From assembly GCA_965205975.1 (NCBI GenBank), contig OZ242195.1, positions 5,248,001 through 5,312,000 on the forward strand: 64,000 nt of DNA, in the 5' to 3' direction. Position numbers and translations under genes: made by a program. The DNA is from Candidatus Latescibacterota bacterium (GTDB lineage Bacteria; Latescibacterota; UBA2968). The notes beneath the pieces were generated by a model. That model worked only from the letters and a program-made list of their open reading frames with translations. It was not told the origin of the DNA and did not search any database. Below, in pieces: positions 1 through 8,427 of this stretch; within the stretch, counting starts at the first letter, position 1, and every line of letters begins with the position of its first letter.

Positions 1-1244
1 TGAGATTGATTGGATAGATGGATCGGTGGACAATGTCCTGCGCTTGCAAGCGTGACTTCGCCGGTGGGTACGTCGAGCACGGCGATGCAGCAGGTGATAA
101 ATGTGGTCTGGTCAATCTGACCTTCCAGTGAGTCATTAAGACCGTCGAGAATATCGGCTGGCGCAACGCGATTTTGGCATTCATAGCGGAGCATTTCATT
201 GAAACGCACGGCGGTCACGGCTGCTTCCATGGCTTTGCCAGAGACATCGGCAACGACTATGCCGAGTTTTGTTTTTTCTTTATCCAACCAGCGGTACGTA
301 TAGTAATCCCCGCCGACGCTGTTGGCGGGAATACAGGTTCCGTCGAGTGCATAACCAGGCAGGTCGGGACTGGATTGCGGCAATAGACCCATTTGCATGT
401 CGTGTGCTGTTTGCAATTCATCGCGCATTTCGGAAAATTGTTGTTTGTAGCTTTCCCACTGTCGCGCTTCTTCGCAGAGGGTCTGGTTGTAGGCCGATGC
501 AAAAATTCCGAGCGCGAGGGGCTGAAAGAGGACGAAGACACAGAATGTGGCGAAGGTATTATCGACGATGTTCTCGACGAGTATCACTGAGCCGACAAGA
601 ATTCCGAGCGCGGTGAGTATAAGCGCGCAGTGGCGAAAGAAACCGTAGCGTTCAACGGCTTTGCGGCTTTCGACATAGGCTTCATCAATGTGTACCCCGC
701 GGTCTGCTGCCAAAAGATAGATATAGAAGCATTTGACAACAAAAATGAGGCCGGGTAAAAATAAGAGGCAAGCTGCCGGAATGACGGCATAATAAATAAT
801 ATTTTTATCTTCTAAAAATCTTCCAATGTTTTCTGGTGCAGCGGGGATATCCCAGGTCGTTTCTCGGGCGACGACCTGTTTGAATGCATTGAGCAGGAAT
901 GCAAAGAAATCACTGTTCACAAAAACCAGCACTACAATGAGGGCGAAGCCGAGAATAAAAAACAAAAAAATAAAAATATTCATCGAAAAAAAACGGACGA
1001 AACGAATGATCTGCCCAAATAGATCTTGCATACGGGGTTTTGCTCCTTGCTGCGCGCGCAAGATCATGATGGCAAAGCCAGCATATAAGCTGCCCAGGAG
1101 CAAAGTGCCCGATATCGCACTCAGGAGTATTGCCAAAAATGAAGCGAGGAACAAAATGGGCAGGTGGCTCGCCCAGGAGGATATGCTGTCGTTGAGACAG
1201 CGAAAGAATTGGAGATTTGCCCGAACGGGGATGTCGAGAGCCAT
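1..1244 (-). CDS. Membrane-anchored PP2C/SpoIIE-family (RsbU-like) Ser/Thr phosphatase, 3' end runs off the window
   Basis: Not in the ORF track because it is truncated. Manual translation from ATG 1244 stays open to the window edge: several hydrophobic segments, then ELQTAHDMQMGLLP...VGGDYY...GIVVADVSGKAMEAA...TFITCCIAVLD...ASAGHCPP, the SpoIIE/RsbU motifs. Confidence 0.88.
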   Translation of the reverse strand, partial: MALDIPVRANLQFFRCLNDSISSWASHLPILFLASFLAILLSAISGTLLLGSLYAGFAIMILRAQQGAKPRMQDLFGQIIRFVRFFSMNIFIFLFFILGFALIVVLVFVNSDFFAFLLNAFKQVVARETTWDIPAAPENIGRFLEDKNIIYYAVIPAACLLFLPGLIFVVKCFYIYLLAADRGVHIDEAYVESRKAVERYGFFRHCALILTALGILVGSVILVENIVDNTFATFCVFVLFQPLALGIFASAYNQTLCEEARQWESYKQQFSEMRDELQTAHDMQMGLLPQSSPDLPGYALDGTCIPANSVGGDYYTYRWLDKEKTKLGIVVADVSGKAMEAAVTAVRFNEMLRYECQNRVAPADILDGLNDSLEGQIDQTTFITCCIAVLDVPTGEVTLASAGHCPPIHLSNQS

Positions 1245-1249
1245 AACAA

Positions 1250-2659
1250 TCAGGGTTTTTCTTTGTTGAGTTTGTATTTGCGGTACAGGTGGCGAAATTG
1301 GTCGTAGCTGAGTTTGAGTTGTTTGGCGGCGTCGCGCTGGTTCCAGGAGACTTTATTGAGGATGCGTCGCAATAGACTCAGTTCAAAGGATTGCACTTGT
1401 GATTCAAAGCTGTCGTTCAATTCGGGTGATTGGGGTGCTTGTTGCGAAACTTCGGGGGGCAAATCGCCCGGTTCAATCTCTGTCCCTCGGGCGACACAGG
1501 CCGCGCGTTCGGCTGCAAATTTGAGTTCGCGCACATTGCCCGGCCAGCGATATGTCATCAGGCGTTCTATTGCCGCATCGGAAAAATCGCGTTTTTGAAG
1601 GCCCGGTACTTCCTCGACGATTTGCGCGACAAAATAATCGGCTAATGCGGGAATGTCTTCGAGGCGTTCGCGCAATGGGGGCATGTGCAAAACTTCAAAG
1701 CGCAATCTGTCGTAGAGGTCCTGACGGAATCGACCTTCGGCAATTTCCGTTTCGAGATCGGTATTCGTGGCGGCAATAACGCGAACATCGACAAAAATGG
1801 GGGTCGCACTGCCCACGCGCTGGATTTCGCTATATTCAATGGCGCGCAATACGTTTTGCTGAAACTCGGGGGTGGTGTTGCCAATTTCATCGAGGAATAG
1901 AGTGCCGCCACTCGCGGCTTCAAATTTGCCCGGGCGGGCTTCTGTCGCGCCTGTATAAGCCCCTTGTTCGTGTCCAAAGAGTTCGCTTTCGAGCAATTGG
2001 TCGGCAATGGCGGCGCAATTGACTTTGACAAAGGGACGGTCTTTGCGGTCACTGCCATAGTGGATGGCAGCGGCGACGAGTTCTTTGCCCGTTCCGGGTT
2101 CGCCTGTGATGAGCGCGGGCCTGGGGATGGGGGCTACGGTTTGCGCTCGCTGAAGAATTTGCTGGAGTTTGGGGCTGGAGCCGATGATTTGATAACGCTT
2201 GCCAAATTCGTCCCGGTAGAATTGGTTTTCGCGCCCCAGGTCCTGAACTTCGGCTCGCAGTTGGGCGTTTTCTCTGAGTGCTTGATACACGCGGTCGAGT
2301 TTTTCAAGGCTGAGTTCGATTTTGTCTTCTATATAAAAGTCTTTTTCAATAAAGTCTGTTGCGCCCAATCGCAATGCAGCTACGGCAGTATCTATTGTGC
2401 CCTGGCCGGTAAGCATAATGACGGGAAGGGCGGGAACCGCTTCGAGCATTTGCGGTAAAATTTCGAGGCCATCGGGTTCATTGGGACCGTAATCGAGGTC
2501 GAGAATGGCCAGACTAATCTGATCGGGATACTGTTTGAGATATGTTAGAGCTTCGCGCCCTGTCGAAAAGGCATGGACAGTCCGCGTGTCGTCTCGCAGG
2601 CTTCGAATTAGCATGTCGAGGACTTCGATCTGGTCGTCAGCAACGATAATTTCGGTCAT
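1250..2659 (-). CDS. Sigma-54 activator: receiver domain + PspF-clade AAA+ domain + HTH
   Basis: Receiver residues (VADD, ILD, MLTG, FIEK); Walker A GEPGTGKE; ESELFGHEQGAYTGA; LFLDEI; WPGNVREL. PspF-like signatures LRAIEY, DLYDRLRFEV and the C-terminal NQRDAAKQLKLSYDQFR. Confidence 0.93.
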   Translation of the reverse strand: MTEIIVADDQIEVLDMLIRSLRDDTRTVHAFSTGREALTYLKQYPDQISLAILDLDYGPNEPDGLEILPQMLEAVPALPVIMLTGQGTIDTAVAALRLGATDFIEKDFYIEDKIELSLEKLDRVYQALRENAQLRAEVQDLGRENQFYRDEFGKRYQIIGSSPKLQQILQRAQTVAPIPRPALITGEPGTGKELVAAAIHYGSDRKDRPFVKVNCAAIADQLLESELFGHEQGAYTGATEARPGKFEAASGGTLFLDEIGNTTPEFQQNVLRAIEYSEIQRVGSATPIFVDVRVIAATNTDLETEIAEGRFRQDLYDRLRFEVLHMPPLRERLEDIPALADYFVAQIVEEVPGLQKRDFSDAAIERLMTYRWPGNVRELKFAAERAACVARGTEIEPGDLPPEVSQQAPQSPELNDSFESQVQSFELSLLRRILNKVSWNQRDAAKQLKLSYDQFRHLYRKYKLNKEKP

Positions 2660-2681
2660 GGGAGAAATATTGAAAAGGGTC

Positions 2682-3950
2682 TTATTGAATAAATTCTTCT
2701 GCTATAGGATCGCGCGAGGTGTCGGGAACGCTGTGTTGCAGACCAATGCTGTCTTGTTGTGTTGAGACTTCAAAATCGACAGGCAGGTCAATGCGAAAAA
2801 CCGCGCCTGCGCCCGGGCGACTGATCACGCGTAGCGTGCCGCGGTGTGCCGCTGCAATGCGAGAGCAGATGCTCAGCCCATATCCATTGCCCCTTTCCCG
2901 CGTTGAAAATCCGGGGTCAAATATACGGGTTTGCAAGTTTTCGGGAATACCGGGACCATTGTCTTCCACTTCAATATATACCGAACTGCGCTCTGTGTCG
3001 GCGCCGACCTGTACTGTTACCACGCCATTGTCTTCAACGGCTTCGATGGCGTTGAGGGTCAGGTTTGTGACGGCTTCAGATAACATGCCTGCGTCCGCTT
3101 TTACCTGAGGTACATGAGGTTCGGCTGCAAATGTGAGTTCTTTTTGCCCTGCTCGTGCAGAGAGTTTATGGGTTATTTTTCCAATGAGTTGAGGCACATC
3201 GACCAGCGCGAGATTCATGGTGTCTTGTTTCATAGACCGCAAGTAGGCAACCCATTGGTTGTAGATGTGTTCTTGTTCGTGTGCGATGTCTTTTAGATCA
3301 TCCAGGCCGTGTGTATCTGGCGGTAAATTGCGTATGGCGCGGCGCATTCGGCTGCCAGAGAGGCCCATCAGATTTTTGATGCGGTGGCCGTGCGTGTAGA
3401 GGCTTTCATAGACTTGGGCACGGCCCAGGTCTATGAGTTCGAGAGATAGGCGGGCGAGAATACCCGGTGCTCTAACGCCAAATTCTTCGGTGATGCTTTC
3501 GTATTCGCGTTCCATTTGTGTCGAACTCATGTGGTGAAAGAGCAGCCGAGCGAGATTGCCATAGGGCAGCATGTAATCGGGTTCGAGGTGTATGGCGATT
3601 TTAAACTCGCCAAGTGCCGATAAAATTTGCCCATTTTGCATGAGCAAAACGCCCAGGTTGTTATGCCCGGGCGCGAAGAGTGGATCGGCTTCTAAACCCC
3701 GGCGATAAACGGGAATCGCTCGAGATGCGTTTTCAGGAAAGTCATCGAGCAGGCTGCCCAACAAAAAACAGACGCGGTCAATGAGGGCTTGTTCACCACC
3801 CCGGTTATCGACAGACAAAATGTATTCGAGGTGTTCAACCGCTTTTTTGTAGTCGTCTGAACCCGGTGCTGCCCCGCGAGCGTGTTGCAGGGCCGTTTGG
3901 AAACGGGCTTCCAGATCCAGATCGGAGATTATGTTCAGGGTGTTGGACAT
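2682..3950 (-). CDS. Soluble TPR-containing sensor histidine kinase
   Basis: TPR-like helices (GHNNLGVLLMQNGQILSALGEFKIAIHLEPDY); H-box THGHRIKN; N-box NLTLNAIEA; G1 EDNGPGI; F-box FDPGFST; G2 GNGYGL. No TM segment visible. Confidence 0.9.
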   Translation of the reverse strand: MSNTLNIISDLDLEARFQTALQHARGAAPGSDDYKKAVEHLEYILSVDNRGGEQALIDRVCFLLGSLLDDFPENASRAIPVYRRGLEADPLFAPGHNNLGVLLMQNGQILSALGEFKIAIHLEPDYMLPYGNLARLLFHHMSSTQMEREYESITEEFGVRAPGILARLSLELIDLGRAQVYESLYTHGHRIKNLMGLSGSRMRRAIRNLPPDTHGLDDLKDIAHEQEHIYNQWVAYLRSMKQDTMNLALVDVPQLIGKITHKLSARAGQKELTFAAEPHVPQVKADAGMLSEAVTNLTLNAIEAVEDNGVVTVQVGADTERSSVYIEVEDNGPGIPENLQTRIFDPGFSTRERGNGYGLSICSRIAAAHRGTLRVISRPGAGAVFRIDLPVDFEVSTQQDSIGLQHSVPDTSRDPIAEEFIQ

Positions 3951-3972
3951 GGCTGTACTTGCGCGTTGTCGC

Positions 3973-5559
3973 CTACGCCTCTGCGTCTTCTGAAGTATCG
4001 GATTTGCCGTTTTCCCCTGCCGTTTGTTCGCCGTTCATTTTGCCCAGAAATTCGGGTAATTCAAGCCCGGCCAGACGCGCCAGATCGTGCATAGGCGGTA
4101 TGGCACCCATGAGGCGTTGTCCCAGGTTGGACATGCCACTCTCGCCATTGCCGCTATCCCAGACCATTACTTTGTCGATGGGTAAGTTGCTAATGGCTTC
4201 TGCCTGGATGTTGGCGACTTCGGTGAGGCGTTCGATGATCAGGAAGGCCGCTGCTGCCTGGTCGTTGCTGCCACAGGCTTCAACGAGTTGTCTGTATCCT
4301 TCTGCTTTGGCGTTGAGGATGGCCTGAGTCCCTTCGGCTTCTGCCTGTTTTTGTGCGAGAATGGCAGCGGCTTCACCTTCGGCAATAAGTCGTAGCTGTT
4401 CTTTTTCGGCTTCTGCTTGAACGACCTGGCGTTGTTTTTCGGCTTCTGCCTGAACGACGATTTCTGCGCGTAAGCGCGCTTCTTCGCGCAGTGCTCGGGC
4501 TTCTTCGGCTGCTTTTTCAGCGGTTTCCTGCGCGACGCGAATGGCGCCGTCGGTGGCTTTGGTCGCTTCTTCTGATTTTCGGCGCGCTTCTTCTTCTGCC
4601 ACGCGTTGTCCTGCGCGATAGCCGGCTGTTTTTGCTTCTGCTTCTGTTTCTGATTGTACGGCTTCTGCTTCGAGAGCCGCGACATTTTGGCGTTTGTCTC
4701 GCCCGGCCTGTGCTTCGCCAATTTCGGCTTCTGATTCGAGTGCGGCAACTTGTCGTCGTCTGTCGCGTGCAGCTTCAGATTCACCGATTTCGGCTTCTGA
4801 TTCGAGTGCGGCAACTTGTCGTCGTCTGTTTCGCGCGGCTTCTGCTTCGCCAACTTCGGCTTCTGATTCGGCTGCGGCGACGTCCCGACGGCGGTCGCGT
4901 GCGCGTTCGGCCACGCCGACCTGTCCGTGTCGTTCTTGTTCGGCTACGTCGATAGATGCCTGATTCACGGCTTCAGCCGCTGCTTTTTGGCCGATGGCTT
5001 TGATGTAGCCGCTTTCGTCGTCGAGGTCTTTGATGTTGACGTTGATAACGGCCAGACCAATTTTTTCCATTTCAGTGGAGACGGCGTCATTTACTTTGGT
5101 CATGAATGCCTGCCGGTCCTGATTGATTTCTTCGATTTGCATGGTTGCAATGACTGCGCGCATCTGGCCGAGAATGATGTCCTGTGCCTGACTCTGAATT
5201 TGATCGCGGGAAAGGCCCAGGAGGCGAATGGCCGCGTTTTGCATGATGCCGGGCTGATTGGAGACGGCTGCTGTGACTGTGGTGGGCACGGATACGCGGA
5301 TGTTTTCCTGTGATAGCGCGTTGTCCAGGTCGATGGGCACGACAAAGGGTTCGAGGTCTAGGTACTCGTAATCCTGCAAAAGGGGCAGGACAAAAGCTGC
5401 GCCACCGTGTACACATTTTGCGGCTGTGCCACCTCCCGTTTTGCCGTAGATGACGAGGATTTTGTTGGATGGACAGCGCTTGTAACGCGAGATAAATGTG
5501 AGGAACAGCAATAATACAACGGCTGATAGGATGACGATGAGAATGAATTCGGTGGGCAT
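3973..5559 (-). CDS. Flotillin/SPFH-domain protein (FloT/YuaG-like)
   Basis: N-terminal TM, then RYKRCPSNKILVIYGK...GGAAFVLPLLQ SPFH domain and a long AE-rich coiled coil; GGAGG RBS; directly downstream of an NfeD-like gene. Confidence 0.93.
   Translation of the reverse strand: MPTEFILIVILSAVVLLLFLTFISRYKRCPSNKILVIYGKTGGGTAAKCVHGGAAFVLPLLQDYEYLDLEPFVVPIDLDNALSQENIRVSVPTTVTAAVSNQPGIMQNAAIRLLGLSRDQIQSQAQDIILGQMRAVIATMQIEEINQDRQAFMTKVNDAVSTEMEKIGLAVINVNIKDLDDESGYIKAIGQKAAAEAVNQASIDVAEQERHGQVGVAERARDRRRDVAAAESEAEVGEAEAARNRRRQVAALESEAEIGESEAARDRRRQVAALESEAEIGEAQAGRDKRQNVAALEAEAVQSETEAEAKTAGYRAGQRVAEEEARRKSEEATKATDGAIRVAQETAEKAAEEARALREEARLRAEIVVQAEAEKQRQVVQAEAEKEQLRLIAEGEAAAILAQKQAEAEGTQAILNAKAEGYRQLVEACGSNDQAAAAFLIIERLTEVANIQAEAISNLPIDKVMVWDSGNGESGMSNLGQRLMGAIPPMHDLARLAGLELPEFLGKMNGEQTAGENGKSDTSEDAEA
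4680..4880 (-). repeat. Three 66-bp (22-aa) tandem repeats in the flotillin coiled coil
   Basis: ESEAE(V/I)GExxAxRxxRxxVAAL x3; a 43-bp block is identical at 4721-4763 and 4787-4829. Confidence 0.9.
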
Positions 5560-5574
5560 GGGACCTCCTTTGGT

Positions 5575-6180
5575 TCAGGATTGAATGGGTTCGACTTCAA
5601 CGGTGGTTATGTCGAGTGTTCGCAGTACGCGAACCGGCGTTTTGTTATGGATGTGCTGCCCGTCTTTGCTGCGCGCAGAGACATAGTTGACAGCCCCGCT
5701 TTCCATCACGCGAATTTGACCGGCACCATTTTCGGGGATGTCGATATAGACTTCGCCTTCATTGCCGATGCAGGATGATAGGTTTCGGTTATGCGATTCG
5801 GAGAGTTGTTGCACTTTGTAGAAGAAGTACGCAACCAGGACCATCCCCGCGCCGCCCCAGACGAGGCCGCGAAGAACCGACTCTTCGATTGAGAGGCCCA
5901 GGTCGAGGTAGAGTGCGCCCGCCCATCCAAAGAGCATGCCAAAGGCGATCACAGAGCGCAGTGAGAGCAGTTGAAAGGTTGCGACACCGTGATCATAAGG
6001 ACTATTATCGACATCTGGGCCTGCATCGTTGGCATTGAAGTCGTCGGCAAGGCTATCTGCGGAATCGCCCAGGCCGATGAGTGTCGTGATAAATTGCCAG
6101 AGAAACAAAAGGGTGAAGAAGACAGCACAGCCATAGAATGCCTGATTGAGAGGCGCGAGTTCTGTCCACCATGCCTGCAT
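5575..6180 (-). CDS. NfeD-like (YuaF-type) membrane protein, flotillin partner
   Basis: Start moved to ATG 6180 (GGAGG 5 nt upstream). Three TM segments with LLSLRSVIAFGMLFGWAG and a C-terminal OB fold (IGNEGEVYIDIP...GQIRV). Confidence 0.85.
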   Translation of the reverse strand: MQAWWTELAPLNQAFYGCAVFFTLLFLWQFITTLIGLGDSADSLADDFNANDAGPDVDNSPYDHGVATFQLLSLRSVIAFGMLFGWAGALYLDLGLSIEESVLRGLVWGGAGMVLVAYFFYKVQQLSESHNRNLSSCIGNEGEVYIDIPENGAGQIRVMESGAVNYVSARSKDGQHIHNKTPVRVLRTLDITTVEVEPIQS

Positions 6181-6229
6181 ATTAACCTCCAGAAATTTTG
6201 CGCGTTCTATCAACTGATCTTTATGTTCC

Positions 6230-6390
6230 TAACTGACGTTATGCAGAGGCACACTATAATGTACCTGTCATTCTGAGCCGTAACGCAGTGGAGGCGAAGA
6301 ATCTCTTACCAACACAGGTGGAAGGGATGCTTCGGCTCCGTTCCACTCCGCTCAGCATGACAAACACCCAGACCTGCGTAACATCAGTTA
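6230..6390. mobile_element. MITE-like palindromic element with nested inverted repeats
   Basis: Outer IR TAACTGACGTTATGCAG (6230-6246) / CTGCGTAACATCAGTTA (6374-6390), 2 mismatches. Inner IR TGTCATTCTGAGC (6266-6278) / GCTCAGCATGACA (6350-6362), 1 mismatch, enclosing CGAAGAATC/GATGCTTCG. Non-coding. Confidence 0.6.
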
Positions 6391-6432
6391 CTAAATTTGT
6401 CTATGCAAAGTACGAAAAGCAAGGGTTATTTC

Positions 6433-7023
6433 TTATCCAGGCTGTAAACCGAGTTTGCGAAATTCGTTTTTGAGCTGGCGGCGGGCGCGGCACAGCCAGG
6501 TTTTGACGGTTCCAAGCGGAACGCGAAGCGCCTGTGTGATTTCTTCGTAGGACCAGTCCATGACGTAGCGCAGCCACATGGCTTTGCGATAGCGTTCGGG
6601 TAAGTTTTGAATGCTTTTGTGGACCAATTGTATGCGTTCGCGTTTTTCGACTATTTGGTCTGGTAGCGTGCCAGGTATGATGTCGCGGATGACGTTGCGA
6701 ACGACTTCGGGGTCTTCGGTTTGATAGACCCAGTTTTGCCGAACTTGTTGCGAGCGCAGGTGTGAGCGATAGACGTTGAGGGCAATTTGTGTGAGCCAGG
6801 TCGAAAATGCCGCCTGGCCTTTGAATGTGTGGAGCGAGCGATAGGCGCGGAAAAATGTGTCTTGCATCAGGTCGTCAACAGTGTCGCGGTCCGAAATGCG
6901 CTGTGCGAGGGTGCCGTAGATCTGACTTTGATATTTGTGGTAGAGCGTTTCAAATGCCCGGCGGTCACCCGAGATGGATGCGCGAATCAGGTTTTGATCC
7001 TGTGTTTTCACTTTTTTCTCCAT
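6433..7023 (-). CDS. ECF sigma-70 factor (SigW/RpoE-like)
   Basis: Region 2 GDRRAFETLY...DDLMQDTFFRAYRSLHTFKGQAAFSTWLTQIALN; region 4 LPERYRKAMWLRYVMDWSYEEITQALRVPLGTVKTWLCRARRQL. Confidence 0.93.
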   Translation of the reverse strand: MEKKVKTQDQNLIRASISGDRRAFETLYHKYQSQIYGTLAQRISDRDTVDDLMQDTFFRAYRSLHTFKGQAAFSTWLTQIALNVYRSHLRSQQVRQNWVYQTEDPEVVRNVIRDIIPGTLPDQIVEKRERIQLVHKSIQNLPERYRKAMWLRYVMDWSYEEITQALRVPLGTVKTWLCRARRQLKNEFRKLGLQPG

Positions 7024-7081
7024 TCGTTAAGGTAATTTGTTTATTGCTATTCTTTTGTTTGTGACAAGACGGATTTTTCCG

Positions 7082-7252
7082 TCAGTCTCTTTTGATCAAG
7101 CGATAACCGATTCCAATACATATAACGGCGATGGCGAGTTTGAGCAGGAGAAAGAGTAGCCCAAATAGAGAGCCGATGAGCGGGAAGAGAACCTGGATGG
7201 CGATAATGCCACCGATGATGATGAGTACGATGCCGATGAGTTTTGCCAACAT
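7082..7252 (-). CDS. 56-aa two-TM membrane protein (LiaI/PspG-like), missing from the ORF track
   Basis: Manual translation MLAKLIGIVLIIIGGIIAIQVLFPLIGSLFGLLFLLLKLAIAVICIGIGYRLIKRD*; AAAGGA RBS; sits in operon order. Confidence 0.75.
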   Translation of the reverse strand: MLAKLIGIVLIIIGGIIAIQVLFPLIGSLFGLLFLLLKLAIAVICIGIGYRLIKRD

Positions 7253-7298
7253 GGGGTGTCCTTTTTATTTGTGAGGTTGTCCGTCAATTTGGTTTAAG

Positions 7299-7520
7299 TT
7301 AGCGAGAAATAGGCGATCGCTCGAATTTTTCGTCAATGGTGATGAGGATGTCCTGAATGTCCGTAAGCCTGCGGTCGAGTTCGTCCATTCGTTCATTCAA
7401 ACGTTTTTCCGCATCGCTGGGGATAGAGCTTCTGGTGCGGCGGTTGATGAATTTGTGTGCTGCTGATACAATGGCTCCTACAACGATGATCATCGATATA
7501 CCAACAAAGAAATCAATCAC
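7299..7520 (-). CDS. PspB-like single-TM coiled-coil protein, paralog 2
   Basis: GTG 7520 after GGGAGG. TM then RRTRSSIPSDAEKRLNERMDELDRRLTDIQDILITIDEK; size and topology match PspB. Confidence 0.6.
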   Translation of the reverse strand: MIDFFVGISMIIVVGAIVSAAHKFINRRTRSSIPSDAEKRLNERMDELDRRLTDIQDILITIDEKFERSPISR

Positions 7521-7530
7521 GGTGCCCTCC

Positions 7531-7734
7531 CTATTTTCTGCTGAGTTTTTCGTCAATGGTGATCATGACGTCTTGTATATCTGTGAGCCTGCGGTCGAGT
7601 TCGTCCATTCTCGCGTTGATCCGTTCTTCCGCATCGCTGGGGACGGATCTTCTGGTGCGTTGTTCAACGTATTTGTATGCTGCTGATGCGAGAATGATCA
7701 GCGCTACCATTATTCCAATTTCAAACATTACCAT
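7531..7734 (-). CDS. PspB-like single-TM coiled-coil protein, paralog 1
   Basis: ATG 7734 after GGAGGAG. TM then QRTRRSVPSDAEERINARMDELDRRLTDIQDVMITIDEK; tandem duplicate of the next gene. Confidence 0.6.
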   Translation of the reverse strand: MVMFEIGIMVALIILASAAYKYVEQRTRRSVPSDAEERINARMDELDRRLTDIQDVMITIDEKLSRK

Positions 7735-7755
7735 TATTTTCTCCTCCCACACACA

Positions 7756-8427
7756 TTAAAGTTCATCGACGGGTCTCGCGCGGTATTTTTCATCCCAGCG
7801 TTCGATTTCCGGAAAGTGGTAAACGACCAGGCCCGAATCTGAGATTCGCATTTCCGCATGACCACTTATGGTTAATTCTCGCAGGATTTCTTCGGTTTTT
7901 TCAACTGTTATTCTGGTGTCCATAGCAGCTTCTGTCACGGTGAGGCTGCCCCCTTTGTCCCGGGCGAGACGGAGTATGCGGTGCTGATTTTTGGCATGTG
8001 CTTTTTTGTCTCCCGATCTTTTGACCCGGCGACCTGCCCACCATATAAGTTGAGAGAATACGATTAGAGCGAGACCACCGCTGAGTTCTTCGTGCATGAA
8101 TGGGTTTGTACCATCGGCCCAGGGAGGGTATTGTATCAATACCGTGAGTACGAGCAGGAGGCCGCAAAATCCCATAAGTGCAGCCATTCCTATTAAGCCA
8201 TAAGCAAAGAGATAACGCATGGCACAACTCCCATCGGTGGCGAGGTCAGAGAGACGGTCGGGCACGCGCTTGAATGAATGGGTTGCGGTTTGGAAATCAC
8301 TGCCCGCGCTGTGAACGCGCGCCTCCCAGTTTCCCTTCCATTTCTTTTTTATTTTTCGCTCCGCATTGTTGACCGCGTGGTCAATTTTGTTGGCGATTTC
8401 ATCGGCGAGTTTTTCCAGGTCACGCAT
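7756..8427 (-). CDS. Two-TM membrane protein with N-terminal helix and C-terminal winged-helix-like domain
   Basis: Overlaps the pspA stop by 8 nt. Two hydrophobic segments; the C-terminal ILRLARDKGGSLTVTEAAMDTRITVEKTEEILRELTISGHAEMRISDSGLVVYHFP has a wHTH pattern. Confidence 0.7.
   Translation of the reverse strand: MRDLEKLADEIANKIDHAVNNAERKIKKKWKGNWEARVHSAGSDFQTATHSFKRVPDRLSDLATDGSCAMRYLFAYGLIGMAALMGFCGLLLVLTVLIQYPPWADGTNPFMHEELSGGLALIVFSQLIWWAGRRVKRSGDKKAHAKNQHRILRLARDKGGSLTVTEAAMDTRITVEKTEEILRELTISGHAEMRISDSGLVVYHFPEIERWDEKYRARPVDEL

Noticed and set aside
7096..7287. 63-aa Ser-rich ORF from the track
   Set aside because: Shadow frame of the 56-aa hydrophobic ORF 7082-7252, which has the RBS.
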